From Octopus vulgaris (taxonomy: Eukaryota), in assembly GCA_951406725.2 (NCBI GenBank), contig OX597820.1, forward strand, positions 434,001-498,000: DNA of 64,000 bases, given 5' to 3'. The notes beneath the pieces were generated by a model. It was given only the letters and a program-made list of their open reading frames with translations. It did not search any database and was not told the DNA's origin. Positions 12,401 to 25,700 of this stretch are shown one piece after another. How positions within the stretch are numbered: the first letter of the stretch is position 1; every line of letters begins with the position of its first letter. The position numbers were made by a program, and so were the translations under genes.

Positions 12401-15400
12401 GATTTCTTATTTTTGTTGTTTTCTTCTCTTTCTAGGCCCGGGCTGAGACGAACAAGTTGACTGGTTTTAAGAACAAGCGGCAACGCCTTGTAGCTGCTTC
12501 CAGAGGCAACAAACCAGTTGTAGAATATACTCGTGCCCAAACAGTCGAGATTGATGACGAAGACACGCACGTTGCAAGTATGTTCTTTTTAAAGTTGACT
12601 TGCTTCTACTATGATTTTTGACTTCAAATATTTATGAACTTGTTCTTGAGCAAATCTATAGAGGTCAGACAAGTTTGTTTTAATTTTTTTCTCACTTTCA
12701 GATACTCCAGAACCATCTTTTCTTAGCAAAATCCGCTTCCTTTTTGTGGCACTTCTTTTGTGCTATCAGATGCTCCTTTTACACATTGGCTTCTTAGATT
12801 CTTTTATACAATATCCTTGGATATTTCATGGACAATATATTAGTTACTTTCTCATTCAATTATACCTTGGATGTATAAATTAATAGTGGCAGAAGCAGTC
12901 AGTATGAATACCAAAAGATATCTTGATCCCCAACTTAATGTGGATGTTGTGTTAGAACACAAAATGCTGTGTTATTTACCTCAAGAAGATCTCTAATAAG
13001 GACTCATGCTGCATAAAAGCATACATAATTATGTTGTTGGCCGATGAGAATTGTCTTTGTCCACCAAAACTTCCAGATCACCTGATTTCACCCTGCTATG
13101 TGACCAATGTCCAGCAGATGGATGTCGTCAGTGACAGATGTCGAGATAAGAGCTGAATCTCCTGTCAGTGATATATAGAATCTCGGTGTCTATTCTGGCA
13201 ACGGTGCTGCAAATAGCCAGTGGGTTGATTAAAAAATAATTGATGGCGACAGAATCAGTATGAATACCTAAAGATAATCCTGATCTCCAGCTTAGCATGG
13301 AGGTTGTGTTGGGATACAAAATTTGTGTGTTATTTACTTTGAGGGGATCTCTCACAAGGACTTGTGCTGTATAAAAGCATGCTTATTTACATTATTGACA
13401 GATGTGGACCATCTACTATGACCACCAGAACTGCCAGATCATGTGATTTCACTGATTTTATCTCTTCAATGACAGATGTCCAGTAACATCATAGCAGATA
13501 AATCTCCTGCGGACAATATGTAGACTATCAGTGTCTGTTGACACTGGTATCACAAATAGCCAGTGGGTTAAGCAGTATTAATATCAAAAAGTAATCTTCA
13601 TCTCCAACATAACAGGGAGGTTGTGTTACAACACAGAATACTGTATTATTATGTTGGAGATAAAGATTGCCATCTTTGGATGTTTTTCAAATAATCCATT
13701 TAGCTATTTATTTAAGTTTTCAATTTTTTCCTTACAATATCTTTAATATTCTACAATAAATTCTTTCTGTAATATTCTTCATATTTTTCTTGAAATGCTT
13801 TTGAGTTACCTTCATCAAAGCTATCATATTTGCTTCTGCCAGGTAAAATCTCCAGAACCCAACATGGACCTGACCAGAAAAAGAGGTCAGTTGCTAAGAA
13901 AAGCACAACATCTAACAATAACCAAAATGGAACTGGTGCAAACTCTTGGGAAGCACCTTGGCTGAAGATGCAACGGAATCCAAAATCAAGCAGTGCATCA
14001 GCCGAAAAGAAAAGAGGTAAACTTTCCTATATAGTTCCATAGTGCGCTTTAGAGAACTGAGCCCACATCATATCAGGGACATCATTTATTCCATTTCATT
14101 CGCACTCTTGCAAAAGATTTTCTGTTTTAATAAATAATCTGGATAACTGGGACTTTGCCTTGTAAGTTACTTGGTGACCCCACCAGTGCTGGTGCCACAT
14201 AAAACATACCCAGTTACACTCTGTAAAGTATTTGGTGTTGCCAAAGCAAACCTGGGAGCCTGGTGCTGCCCTCTGGCTTGCCAGCTCTTGTCAAACTGTT
14301 CATCCTATGCCAGCATGAAAAACATATAGTATCATCATCATCATCATCATCGTTTAGCGTCCGTTTTCCATGCTAGCATGGGTTGGACGGTTCTACTGGG
14401 GTCTGTGAATCCAGAAGGCTTTCATCAGGCCCAGTCAAATCTGGCAGTGTTTCTACGGCTGGATGCCCTTCCTAACGCCAACCACTCCGAGAGTGTAGTG
14501 GGTGCTTTTTACGTGCCACCCGCACAGGTGCCAGACAGAGCGGCAAACGGCCACGAACGGATGGTGCTTTTTATGTGCCACCGGCACGAGGGCCAGGCGA
14601 GGCTGGCAACGGACACGAAATGGGGCGGTGCTGGCAACGGTCGCGAAACGGAAGGTTCTCTTACATGGCACTGGTAACACATCTGCAATTTCCATTGATC
14701 GATTTCAATTCTGATCCTCACTTGCCTCAACGGGTCTTCACAAGTAGAGTTTCGACATGCCACCGGCACTGGTAACACATCTGCAATTTCCATTGATCGA
14801 TTTCGATTCTGATCCTCACTTGCCTCAACAGGTCTTCACAAGTAGAGTTTTGTGTCCCAAGAAGGGAAGGTATGCATACGTAGGCCGGCTCCATCCCATG
14901 TAGAAGGCCACGGGTTATGGACTCACTTGTCCTGCCGGGTCTTCTTGCGCACAGCACACTTCCAGAGGACTCGGTCGCTAGTCATTTCCTCAGTGAGACC
15001 TAAAGTTCGAAGGTCGCGCTTCACCACCTCGTCCCAGGTTTTCCTGGGTCTGCCTCTTCCACAGGTTCCCTCAACCGCTAGGGTGTGGCACTTTTTCACA
15101 CAACTATCTTCATCCATTCTCGCCACATGACCATACCAGCGCAAACGTCTCTCTTGCACACCACAACTGATGCTTCTTAGGTCCAGCTTTTCTCTCAAGG
15201 TACTTACACTCTGCCGAGTATGAGTACTGACATTACACATCCATCGGAGCATACTGGCTTCATTTCTTGCGAGCTTACGCATATCCTCAGCAGTCACGGC
15301 CCATGTTTCACTGCCATGTAACATGGCTGTTCGTACACACGCATCATACAGTCTGCCTTTCACTCTGTGCGAGAGGCCTTTTGTCACCAGCAGAGGTAAG

Positions 15401-18400
15401 AGCTCTCTGAACTTTGCCCAAGCTATTCTTACTCTAGCAGTTACACTTTCAGCACACCCGCCCCCGCTGCTGACTTGGTCACCTAGGTAACGGAAACTAT
15501 CAACTATTTCTAGTTTTTCTCCTGGAAAGTGATGGAAGTTGGTCTCAGAGCATTTTCAGTGTTTATTGTTCCTGAGCATCTGCCACATACAAAAACCATC
15601 TTCCTAGTTAGCCTTCCTTTGACATTGCTGCACCTCTTATGTGTCCATAGCTTACACTTGGTGCATCTTATAGAGTTTCTACCTACACCTTTTCTACAGA
15701 TCGAGCAGGGCCATCTACCTGAAGGCGTTTGTGATTTGTCTACCTTCCTACTGATTACGACTTTGGTTTTAGCTAGGTTGACTCTGAGGCCCTTCGATTC
15801 TAATCCTTGTTTCCACACCTGAAACTTCTCCTCCAGTTCTGATAGCGACTCAGCAATTAGAGCAAGGTCATCAGCATAGAGGAGCTCCCAAGGGCATCCT
15901 GTCTTGAATTCCTCCGTTATTGCCTGGAGGACTATGATAAATAGGAGGGGGCTGAGTACTGAGCTTTGGTGGACCCCTACCTCTACCCGGAATTCTTCAC
16001 TGTACTCGTTTCCAACCCTCACCCTACTAGCAGCGTCCCTATACATGGCCCGCACAGCTCTCACTAACCATTCATCTATCCCTAGTTTCCTCATTGCCCA
16101 CCAGATAAGGGATCGGGGGACCCTGTCGAAGGCTTTCTCCATGTCAACAAAAGCCAGGTACAGGGGCTTATCTTTGGCTAGATATTTCTCCTGCAGCTGC
16201 CTTACCAGGAATATAGCATCAGTAGTACTTTTCCCTGGCACAAACCCAAACTGCATCTCATCTAAACTAACTCTCTCTCTAATCAGTTGGGCTATGACCC
16301 TCTCCGTAACCTTCATCACCTGATCCAACAGCTTGATACCTCTGTAGTTATTTGTATCTAGGGCGTCACCTTTACTTTTGTAGCAGTTGACTATTATGCT
16401 GCTACATCAGTCATTGGGTATGACTCCTTTGTGTATCACCTGATTAACTATATGGGTGACTAGGCTATAGCCGACACTACCAGACATTTTGAGCATGATG
16501 ATGAAAATAAGGGGATCCTGTTATAGCAACCATGCCAAAAGTGACACTAGAGCCCAGTGCAACCTCTGATCTTGCTGGTTTGTCTCAAACTGGTCAACCC
16601 ATGCCAGCATGGAAAACAGACATCAAATGATGATGATGATGATAGGTTTTATGCATTGAGTTGATTAGGCATCAGTAAGTGTGTGGCTAGAATACTAGAC
16701 AGCTTAGATCACATATTCTTATAACATTACCAACATCATTTAATGTCCACTTTTCCATGCTTTCATGGGTCAGACAGATTGTGTTGAGGCAGATTTTCTA
16801 CAGCTGGATGCCCTTTTTGCTGCTAGTCCTCAACTGTTTCCAAGCAAGGCAATATTTTCCTACAGCTTCTTAACAGCTGGACATGTTTTGCAAAGAAGAC
16901 TGGAAACAAACAACATAGTTTGTATGCTGATGATGCTCATTTACAACCATCGTGTTATGTCTAGACAAGGGTCCGTAATACACACACACACACACATATA
17001 TGACAGGCTTCTTTCAGTTTCTATTTACCAAATTCACTCACAAGGCATTGGTTGGCCAGAGGTTAGAGTAGAAGACATTCACTTAAGGTGCCATGCAGTG
17101 GGACTGAACCTGTGAGCTTAACTGCATAGCCATTTCTGCATCATCATCATCATCGTTTAACGTCCGTTTTCCATGCTAGCATGGGTTGGACGGTTCAACT
17201 GGGGTCTGGGGAGCCAGAAGGCTGCGCCAGGCCCAGTCTGATCTGGCAGTGTTTCTACAGTTGGATGCCCTTCGTAACGCCAACCACTCCATGAGTGTAG
17301 TGGGTGATTTTTACATGCCACCTGCACAGGTGCCAGACGAGGCTGGCAAACGGCCACGATCGGATGGTGCTTTTTACGTGCCACCGACATGGAGGCTAGT
17401 CAGGGCGGTGCTGGCAACGGCCACGTTCAGATGGTTCTCTTACGTGCCATCGGCACTGGTATCACAGCTACAATTTCCATTGATGTTGATCGATTTTGAT
17501 TTTGATTTTCACTTGCCTCAACAGGTCTTCACAAGTACGGTTTGTGTCACAAGAAGGAAAGGTATGCATAAGTGGGCTGGCTACGTCCCAGGTAGAGGCC
17601 ACAGGTTATGGTCTCACTTGTCCTGCCGGGTCTTCCCACGCACAGCACACTTCCAAAGGTCTCGGTCTCTAGTCATTTCCTCGGTGAGACCTAAAGTTCG
17701 AAGGTCGTGCTTCACCACCTCGTCCCAGGTTTTTCTGGGTCTACCTCTTCCACAGGTTCCCTCAACCGCTCGGGTATGGCACTTTTTCACACAACTATCT
17801 TCATCCATTCTCGTCACATGACCATACCAGCGCAAACGTCTCTCTTGCATACCACAACTGATGCTTCTTAGGTCCAGCTTTTCTCTCAAGGTACTTACAC
17901 TCTGTCGAGTATGAACACTGACATTACACATCCATCGGAGCATACTGGCTTCATTTCTTGTGAGCTTACGCATATCCTCAGCAGTCACGGCCCAAGTTTC
18001 ACTGCCATGTAGCATGGCTGTTTGTACACATGCGCCATACAATCTGCCTTTTATTCTGAGCGAGAGGCCTTTTGTCACCAGCAGAGGTACGAGCTCTCTG
18101 AACTTTGCCCTGGCTATTCTTACTCTAGCAGTTAAACTTTCAGCACACCCGACCCCGCTACTGACTTGGTCACCTAGGTAACGGAAGCTATCAACAATTT
18201 CTAGTTTTTCTCCCTGAAATGTGGCGGAAGTTGGTCTCAGAGCATTTTCAGTGTTTATTGCTCCTGAGCATCTGCCACATACAAAAACTATCTTCCCAGG
18301 TAGCCTTCCTTTGACTTTGCTGCACCTCTTATGTGTCCATAGCTTACACTTGGTGCATCTTATAGAGTTTCTACCTATGCCTTTTCTACAGATCGAGCAG

Positions 18401-21400
18401 GGCCATCTACCTGAAGGCGTTTGTGATTTGCCTGCCTTCCTACATATTAGGACTTTGGTTTTAGCTAGGTTGATTTTAAGGCCCTTCAATTCTAATCCTT
18501 ACTTCCACACTTGAAACTTCTCCTCTAGTTGTGATAGTGACTCAGCAATTAGAGCAAGGTCATCAGCATAGAGGAGCTCCCAGGGACATCCTGCCTGGAG
18601 GACTATGATAAATAGAAGGGGGCTGAGGACTGAACCTTGGTGGACCCCTTCCTCTACCCTGAATTCTTTAGTGTACTCGTTGCCAACCCTCACCTTACTT
18701 ACAGCGTCTCTGTACATGGCTTGCACAGCTCTCACTAACCATTCATCCATCCCTAGTTTCCTCAATGGCCACCAGATAAGGGATCGGGGGGCCCTGTCAA
18801 AGACTTTCTCCATGTCAACGAAAGCCAGGTACAGGGGCTTATCTTTGGCTAGGTATTTCTCCTGCAGCTGTCTTACCAGAAATATGGCATCAGTGGTGCT
18901 TTTCTCTGGCACGAAACCAAACTGCATCTCATCCAAGCTGACTCTCTCCCTAATCAGTTGGGCTATGACCCCCTCCGTAACCTTCATTACCTGATCCAAC
19001 TGCTTGATACCTCTGTAATTATTTGTATCTAAAGCGTCACCTTTACCTTTGTAGCAGTTGACTATCATGCTGCTACACCAGTCATTGGGTATGACTCCTT
19101 CGTGTATCACCTGGTTAACTATACCGGTGATTAGGCTATAGCCGACACTACCAGATATTTTGAGCATCTCTGCAGTAATTCCTGATGGGCCTGTGGCTTT
19201 CCCTGTCTTCATGCTTCTAATTGCCTTAACTACTAAGGAACTGTCAACTCGGATAGCTGGTCCCTCTGTTGGGTCGACATTCGGCAGACTCTCTTTATCC
19301 CATTCATTTTCCTTATTTAGCAGCCTCTCATAATGGTGTCTCCAAACCTCTCTTTGCATCCTTATTCACCGCAAGTGAGCCATCATCCATGCGAACACAT
19401 TTCTCTCCTACCACATCATAATTCTCTCTCACACACTGTCTTGCAACACGGAATACCTCAAGTCTTTGGTCCTCACGGCAAAGAACATTGGCAAATTTTT
19501 TCTTATCTGCTTCCTCTTTGGCTAAATAAACCTGTCTCCTAGCTTATCTTTTGGTAGTCTGATACAATTCCCTGCTACCACCATTTTTCCAGTCCTTCCA
19601 AGCCTGTCTCTTTTCTCTAATCTCTAATAGCCCTGTCTACAACATTGTTCCACCACCACGTTATTTTGGGTCAAGAGGGGACTATGCACCAGCCACAGAT
19701 CTGGTCAGTGGCTCTCAGCAGGTTGTCCCTTAGAGACCTCCAGTTGTCTTCTACCCCATGTGAAACTATATCCCCTTCTACTTCGTCAAAGGCTTCAAGT
19801 AATATGTCCTTAAGTCTCTGTCCATTCGCAGGATCTTTAAGCTTCCAGATCCTTCTCCTCCATGTTGGTCGTCTTCTGGTTGTCCTCTTAGTCCTGATCC
19901 TAAAGTCACTAACTACCAGTCTATCAGTCTATGTTGCGGGGTACATTCTTCGCCTGGGAAGGTTTTGGCATTGATAAGCAGCCATCTTTCCCTTTTCCTG
20001 GCAAGGATGTAGTCAATTTGGCTGGTATGTCGGCCCGATCGGTAGGTGACTAGGTGGCTGGTAGGTTTCCTGAAGTTAGTGTTGCAAACCATAAGATCAT
20101 TTGCATCGCAGAACTCCAGCAGCCTGGTTCCCTCCTTGTTGCGGGAACCATAACCATAGCCTCCATGTACACCATGGAAGCCCCCAGTATGTCGTCCAAC
20201 GTGACCATTGAAGTCACCAGCCACAAAGAGAAGGTCTCTGTCGTTCGTCAACGAGGTAGTCTGCAGTAGGGTGTCATAGAATCGGTCTTTCTGTCCATCG
20301 GGTAGCCCCGGCTGAGGGGCATAGGCCGATATAATGGTTGCTAATCCATGATGAAGCACTAATCTAATCTTAAGTATTCTGTCACTTACTCTGATTACCT
20401 CTATTAGCTTTTCTACCCATTTTTCAGCATCTATTTATTTAAAAAAAACAACTTTTTGCCTTTGTGTTTATTGCAGAACAATACCAGACCAGCAGTATTA
20501 GTAGCCACAAACAAGGAAGGGACATGGCAAGTGTCCTCCAAGAGAGATTGGCTGCACAGACAGATGGAGATCTTGGTGAGTTCTTGTTTCTCGTATTGTA
20601 TTAATGTCGTCATTCATGGGCCAAGGGATTATCTTTGTTCTCAGACATATTCTTCTGTGGTCATCCTGCAAAACATTTCACTCCATTTAATTCAAAATCG
20701 AGTAAAATGAAACTGTTTTCTCTTTTCCTTTCTTTGTTCTGTAGTAAAAGAACAAATGGTGAAGGAGGCCATTTATTACTGGCACTGATCATTGGACTGT
20801 GGCCATATTGATGCCTCACCTCAAAGGGTTTGACCCCTAGTCGTTGTCATCATTGTTTAGCGTCTGTTTTCCATGCTGACATGGGTTAGACGGTTTGATT
20901 GAAGTCTGGGAAGCCAGGGGGCTGCACCGGGCTCCAATCTGATCTGGCAGTGTTTCCTCAGCTGGATGCCCTTCCTAACGCTAACCACTCCAAGAGTGTA
21001 GTGGGTGCTTTTTTACAGTCCACCAGTACAGGAGCCAGTCAGGTGGTCCTGGAATGGATGACGTTCAGATAGTGCTTTTTATGTGCCACCGGTACAAGAG
21101 CCAGTCGGGGTACTGGCATTGGCCACATTTGGATGTGGCATCTTTTGCCAACCCCCTAGTAATGGGGATGAACAAACCAACACCATTTGTCAAGTGGAGG
21201 AGGGAGGATTACCCTCCTCCCATCCTCCCAATTGAAGGTTTTTTTGTCTTGACCCATAAAAAGCACCCAGGATTGGACAGGGTACGTATCTGTTATTATT
21301 TTGATTGGTGGCCTTGTCATTTTCTTTGATATATTCTTTTACAGATGAAGATGCCCTTGGGGAGAGAATCGACATTGATAATATTATTTCTCCTCGGAAC

Positions 21401-22698
21401 ATGTTGAGAAAGAAACTCAGTAAGTATTCTTTGCAATATTTTTTTCTTCTTTTTTTTGTCCTTTTTGCTAATTTTTGTTTATCCTTTGTCATGAAGTGGA
21501 GGAACGTGCATTGCTTAGTAGTTAGGGTATTACACTCATGAGATCATAACATCATTATTATAGTAGATTATCTCGGTAACCATGGGAGCTATGAAAATAA
21601 TACAAAGCCCAGCAACACCACCGGATCATTCTACACATCTGTGTAATTTTTCGGGCAATTCCGTCCAGCCGTTTGACCTTGAATCCCAAGACACAAAAGA
21701 ATCGCCCATGTCAAATTTATATGTATAGATATTGGCGTTAGGGAGGGCATCCAGCTGTAGAAACCCTGCCAAACCAGACTTCAGCTTGCCAGTTTCAGTC
21801 AAACTGCATGGAAAGCAGACGCTAAATAATGATGATGATGATTTCGGTAATAGATTCCATTTTGTGTATTTTGTGAGATTTGGATTTTGAGTTGAATCCT
21901 TTTCTTTTTTATTCTTTTTTTAGTTCCACATGAATGTTCTCCTGAATGTGTAAAAGATTGCGAAGACAAAGACTTTCACATCAAATTCCGTGGCCGTAAC
22001 ATGTTGCTTGTTCCTACTTTGTGTGGTTGGGAGAGGTGAGTTGTGTCTTTTATTCTTTTGCTTGTTTCTGGTATTAGACTGCGGCCATGCTGGGGCATAG
22101 TTTTGAAGAATGTTTAGCTGAATGAATCAACCCCGGTATTTATTTTTCATTTTTAATCCTAGTTCTTATTCTATCGGTCTCTTTTGCCGAACTGTTAGGT
22201 TACAGGCATGTAAACACACTGACATTAGTTGTCAAGCAGTGGTAGGGGACAAACACAGACACATCGCGCGCACACTCACATACATACACACACACACACA
22301 CACGCACGTACAACAGGCTTCTTTCAGTTTCTTATTTCTTTACTGCCCACTAGGGGCTACACACAGAGGGGACAAATGGATTAAGTCGATTACATCGACC
22401 CCAGTGTGTAACTGGTACTTATTTAATCGACCCCGAAAGGATGAAAGGCAAAGTTGACCTCGGCGGAATTTGAACTCAGAACGTAGCGGCAGACGAAATA
22501 CCGCTAAGCATTTCGCCTGGCATGCTAACGTTTCTGCCAGCTCGCTGCTTCTTTCAGTTTCTGTCTACCAAATCAACTGACAAAGCTTTGGTTGACCCAA
22601 GGTCATAGTAAAAGACACTTGTCCACGGTGCCACGCAGTTCCTTAAACAGAACCATGTGGTTGGGAAGCAAACTTCTTACCACACAGCCACACCTGCA

Positions 22699-22746
<48 letters not shown>

Positions 22747-25700
22747 TATTGGCCTTGTTAACCCTTTCGTTAACACATTTCTGTTGAAATATAATGCGTT
22801 TGTTTCAGTTAGTTTTGGAAACGAAGAATTTAGTAAAAAAACTTTGTCTTTGTTAAGCTGGTGTTTGGAACCTAAATTGAGATGAAATTTTGATGGAAGA
22901 AGGTTTTAACTTGGATCACTTCAAAATGAGAAGTTTTGAATCCTGGAATCAGAGGTGACCTCAAGTAGACTGGTATTAAGAGGAGTAAACTGGACTCTTT
23001 TGGTCTGCTTGTTCTTAGTCACTTCATTATCAACATCATTAGAAGAATGACATAAGTAAAAAAAAAAAGTCTCTAGATTCTTGTGTTGAAATGTTGTTAG
23101 CAGGACAGTGTGTGACGGAGAGGATTATGTGTTGAGCGAGATGAACATTGAGGGTAGCATTTCATGGTCTGTGACAAGCTTCAACACTTACCCATACACA
23201 AACACATGGTAGGTAGTCCATCGGTGTCCGATAACGACGAAGCCGGTGTTCTCAGCGATGAGAGTATATGTGACTCTGCAGTCGAAAGCTGGAGGCACCT
23301 AGGCGCCCACAGATGTCACAGCAATAGTCTGTTGACTGGACTGAGGCGGATGCTGCTCTGTGACATCTTCCCCTTGCAGCATCAAGGCTCCGTCGCCAGT
23401 CCGCTTTGAAGGCAGCTGCTGCTTGTGAGGTGAAAGACCTCCGCACTAATCTGTCTGTAGCACGTATACAAATCGACACATTTCTATCCATAGACTGAAA
23501 ACTGAAAACAGTTATTGGTAAAGATGTTGGTAATGAGTAAAAGCACGTCTCCTTAAATTGTATTTCTGTGAAGCTGATTGCTTTTGATAGTGTTGTGAAA
23601 AGTTGAGGTGGTTTTAGTTTACTGAATGGCTGATTGCTGTGTATTGTTCTTACTCTATCAATCTGTGGAGATGATGGAAGTTAAAAGCTGATATTTGAAC
23701 TTGGATCAATGAGGTACATGTGGCCTTGTTTATCGCAGATTCATTCATCACTGATCCGGGATAATAGCAAGGTTTGCTCAACTGTGAACCTCGTTACGCT
23801 TATTACGAATTGATCTGTAACAACCAGGTCAGCAACCATTTGATGTACGAATTAATCTTGTGTGAAACTGTTAAATTGATATTGAATATTGTTCTTCTCA
23901 TTTGCTGGCGTTAATACTTGCATTATTATAAATATTGGTAAAGGAGTTTGTGCAACTAAAGTAGATGTTTAATAGTTTCTGATTGAGAAGTGCTTTGCTC
24001 TGTTCAGGTCAGACAACAGTTCGCTTTCATCTGACCGGGAAATTTGATAAAGCTTACACCAGTAATACTATCTTGGCACAATTATATCACTATAATCTTC
24101 CTGTTGATTAATAATAGGAATGGAATTAAATTGAATAGGAATTTTGTCATTAATAAATATCAAGTCTAAAAACTTTGAATAATAAAATATTTTATAGAGC
24201 TTTCAGATTCAATCTCTTTCCTACCAAATTATCCCTATTTCCAGTCAAATATAATCCTTGATTCCATTACCAGGCAAGTGACCAAAGTACGACCCAGTGC
24301 CAAAAGAATAGTGATCTACAGGGGTCCCTGTGCACGACGGATGCGTAATTTGGATGAAGTTGACAAATATTTATTAGCAACTAATTGTAATTTGTCTATT
24401 GATTTATTCACTTTTGATCCCAACCTCCACACCCATACTGAATTTGTACCTATCAAGGTAGGTTTTTTTCTCTTCAGTTTTTGTTCTCTTTTATTTCAAA
24501 ACCATTTCTCAAATTCTTTTCTTCTTTTACCGTTTTTGTTCCGTCACAATGCGGCCATGTTGAGGGTTTAGTTGAACAGGTCAACTCCTGTTACTTATTT
24601 TATTGACTGTTACTAATTTTATCGACCTCAGAAAGAGGAAAAGCAAGTGGGCCTGGTCAGGATTTGAATCTCAAATGTAAACACACACACACATGCGCAC
24701 ATGTGTTTCCTTGGTGAGATAGTGGAGGGGGGGGTCTTGATAAATTGATCTTTTATAAAATTACTATTTTTAAATCTCACTATGAGAGATATTCAGCAAC
24801 AGTACTTTGGAGTAAAGATTCTTTGCCAACATAACATGGCAGTCCTGGTTTAGGACGAATGTTGCTGCAATTTAGCCCCAGGAAACATCATCTCCAGCTG
24901 GCTATACGACGCGATCTGTGTCCTTATATTTTCGAACGAGGGAATCTAGCACCCCCACTCAGCTGCAAACAATATCTGGGTATCACGATTTCTGGATTTT
25001 GGCTAGAGGTTAGAAAATATAAGGACACAGGTCGTATCATATAGCCAGCTGGAGACGATGTCTCCTGGGGCTAAATTACAGCAACATTCATAAACCAGGA
25101 TTGCCATGTTTTGTTGGCAAACAATCTTTGATCTTTTATACGTTTGAATATTTTGTTTCTTTTTCTCCCTGGATCAATATATTGATAATAGATTTCAGGT
25201 TATGTCTGTTTATTAATTGAACACAATTGGCATCAGCACCTTCCCTCTCTTCACGCATAGACTTACACACACTAACAGAGAGAAGGAGAAAAAACATGGA
25301 ATAATCATAAACAGGGCAAATTTAAGCCATTTCTCTGCAGACTGAAAAAATGATGAAGAACCTTAACCTTAATCGATTTTCAAAGAGAGGAAGAGAAAAA
25401 CAAAATGTTTGACGTCAAATTAATCGGCATCAAAGCTGCAATGCTAAGAAAATGGTGCCAATAGGATCAATAGAAAACGGCAAAATCCAATGAAATTCCA
25501 ATGATTTCCTCCAAGGATTATTACCATATTCCATACAATAGAATTATTTATTGTTTTTGTTTCATTGCAGACTTTCTGTGATATCAAAGATATTTCATAT
25601 GGTAAAGAAAATGTTCCAGTGTCTTGTGTGAATGGTATCGACCGGCAGTATCCTGCCTATGTAGAATATTCCACTAAGCGGTATCCTGCCAAAGGAGTAC

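Noticed and set aside
12702-12883. Possible extra SETDB1 exon after ctcactttcag
   Set aside because: No convincing donor, the frame runs into hydrophobic junk and a stop, and the flanking exons already join in phase.
21560-21730. Possible Helitron 5' end on the minus strand (A|TCTATACATATAAA)
   Set aside because: No matching hairpin-CTRR 3' end was found, so it is too weak to call.
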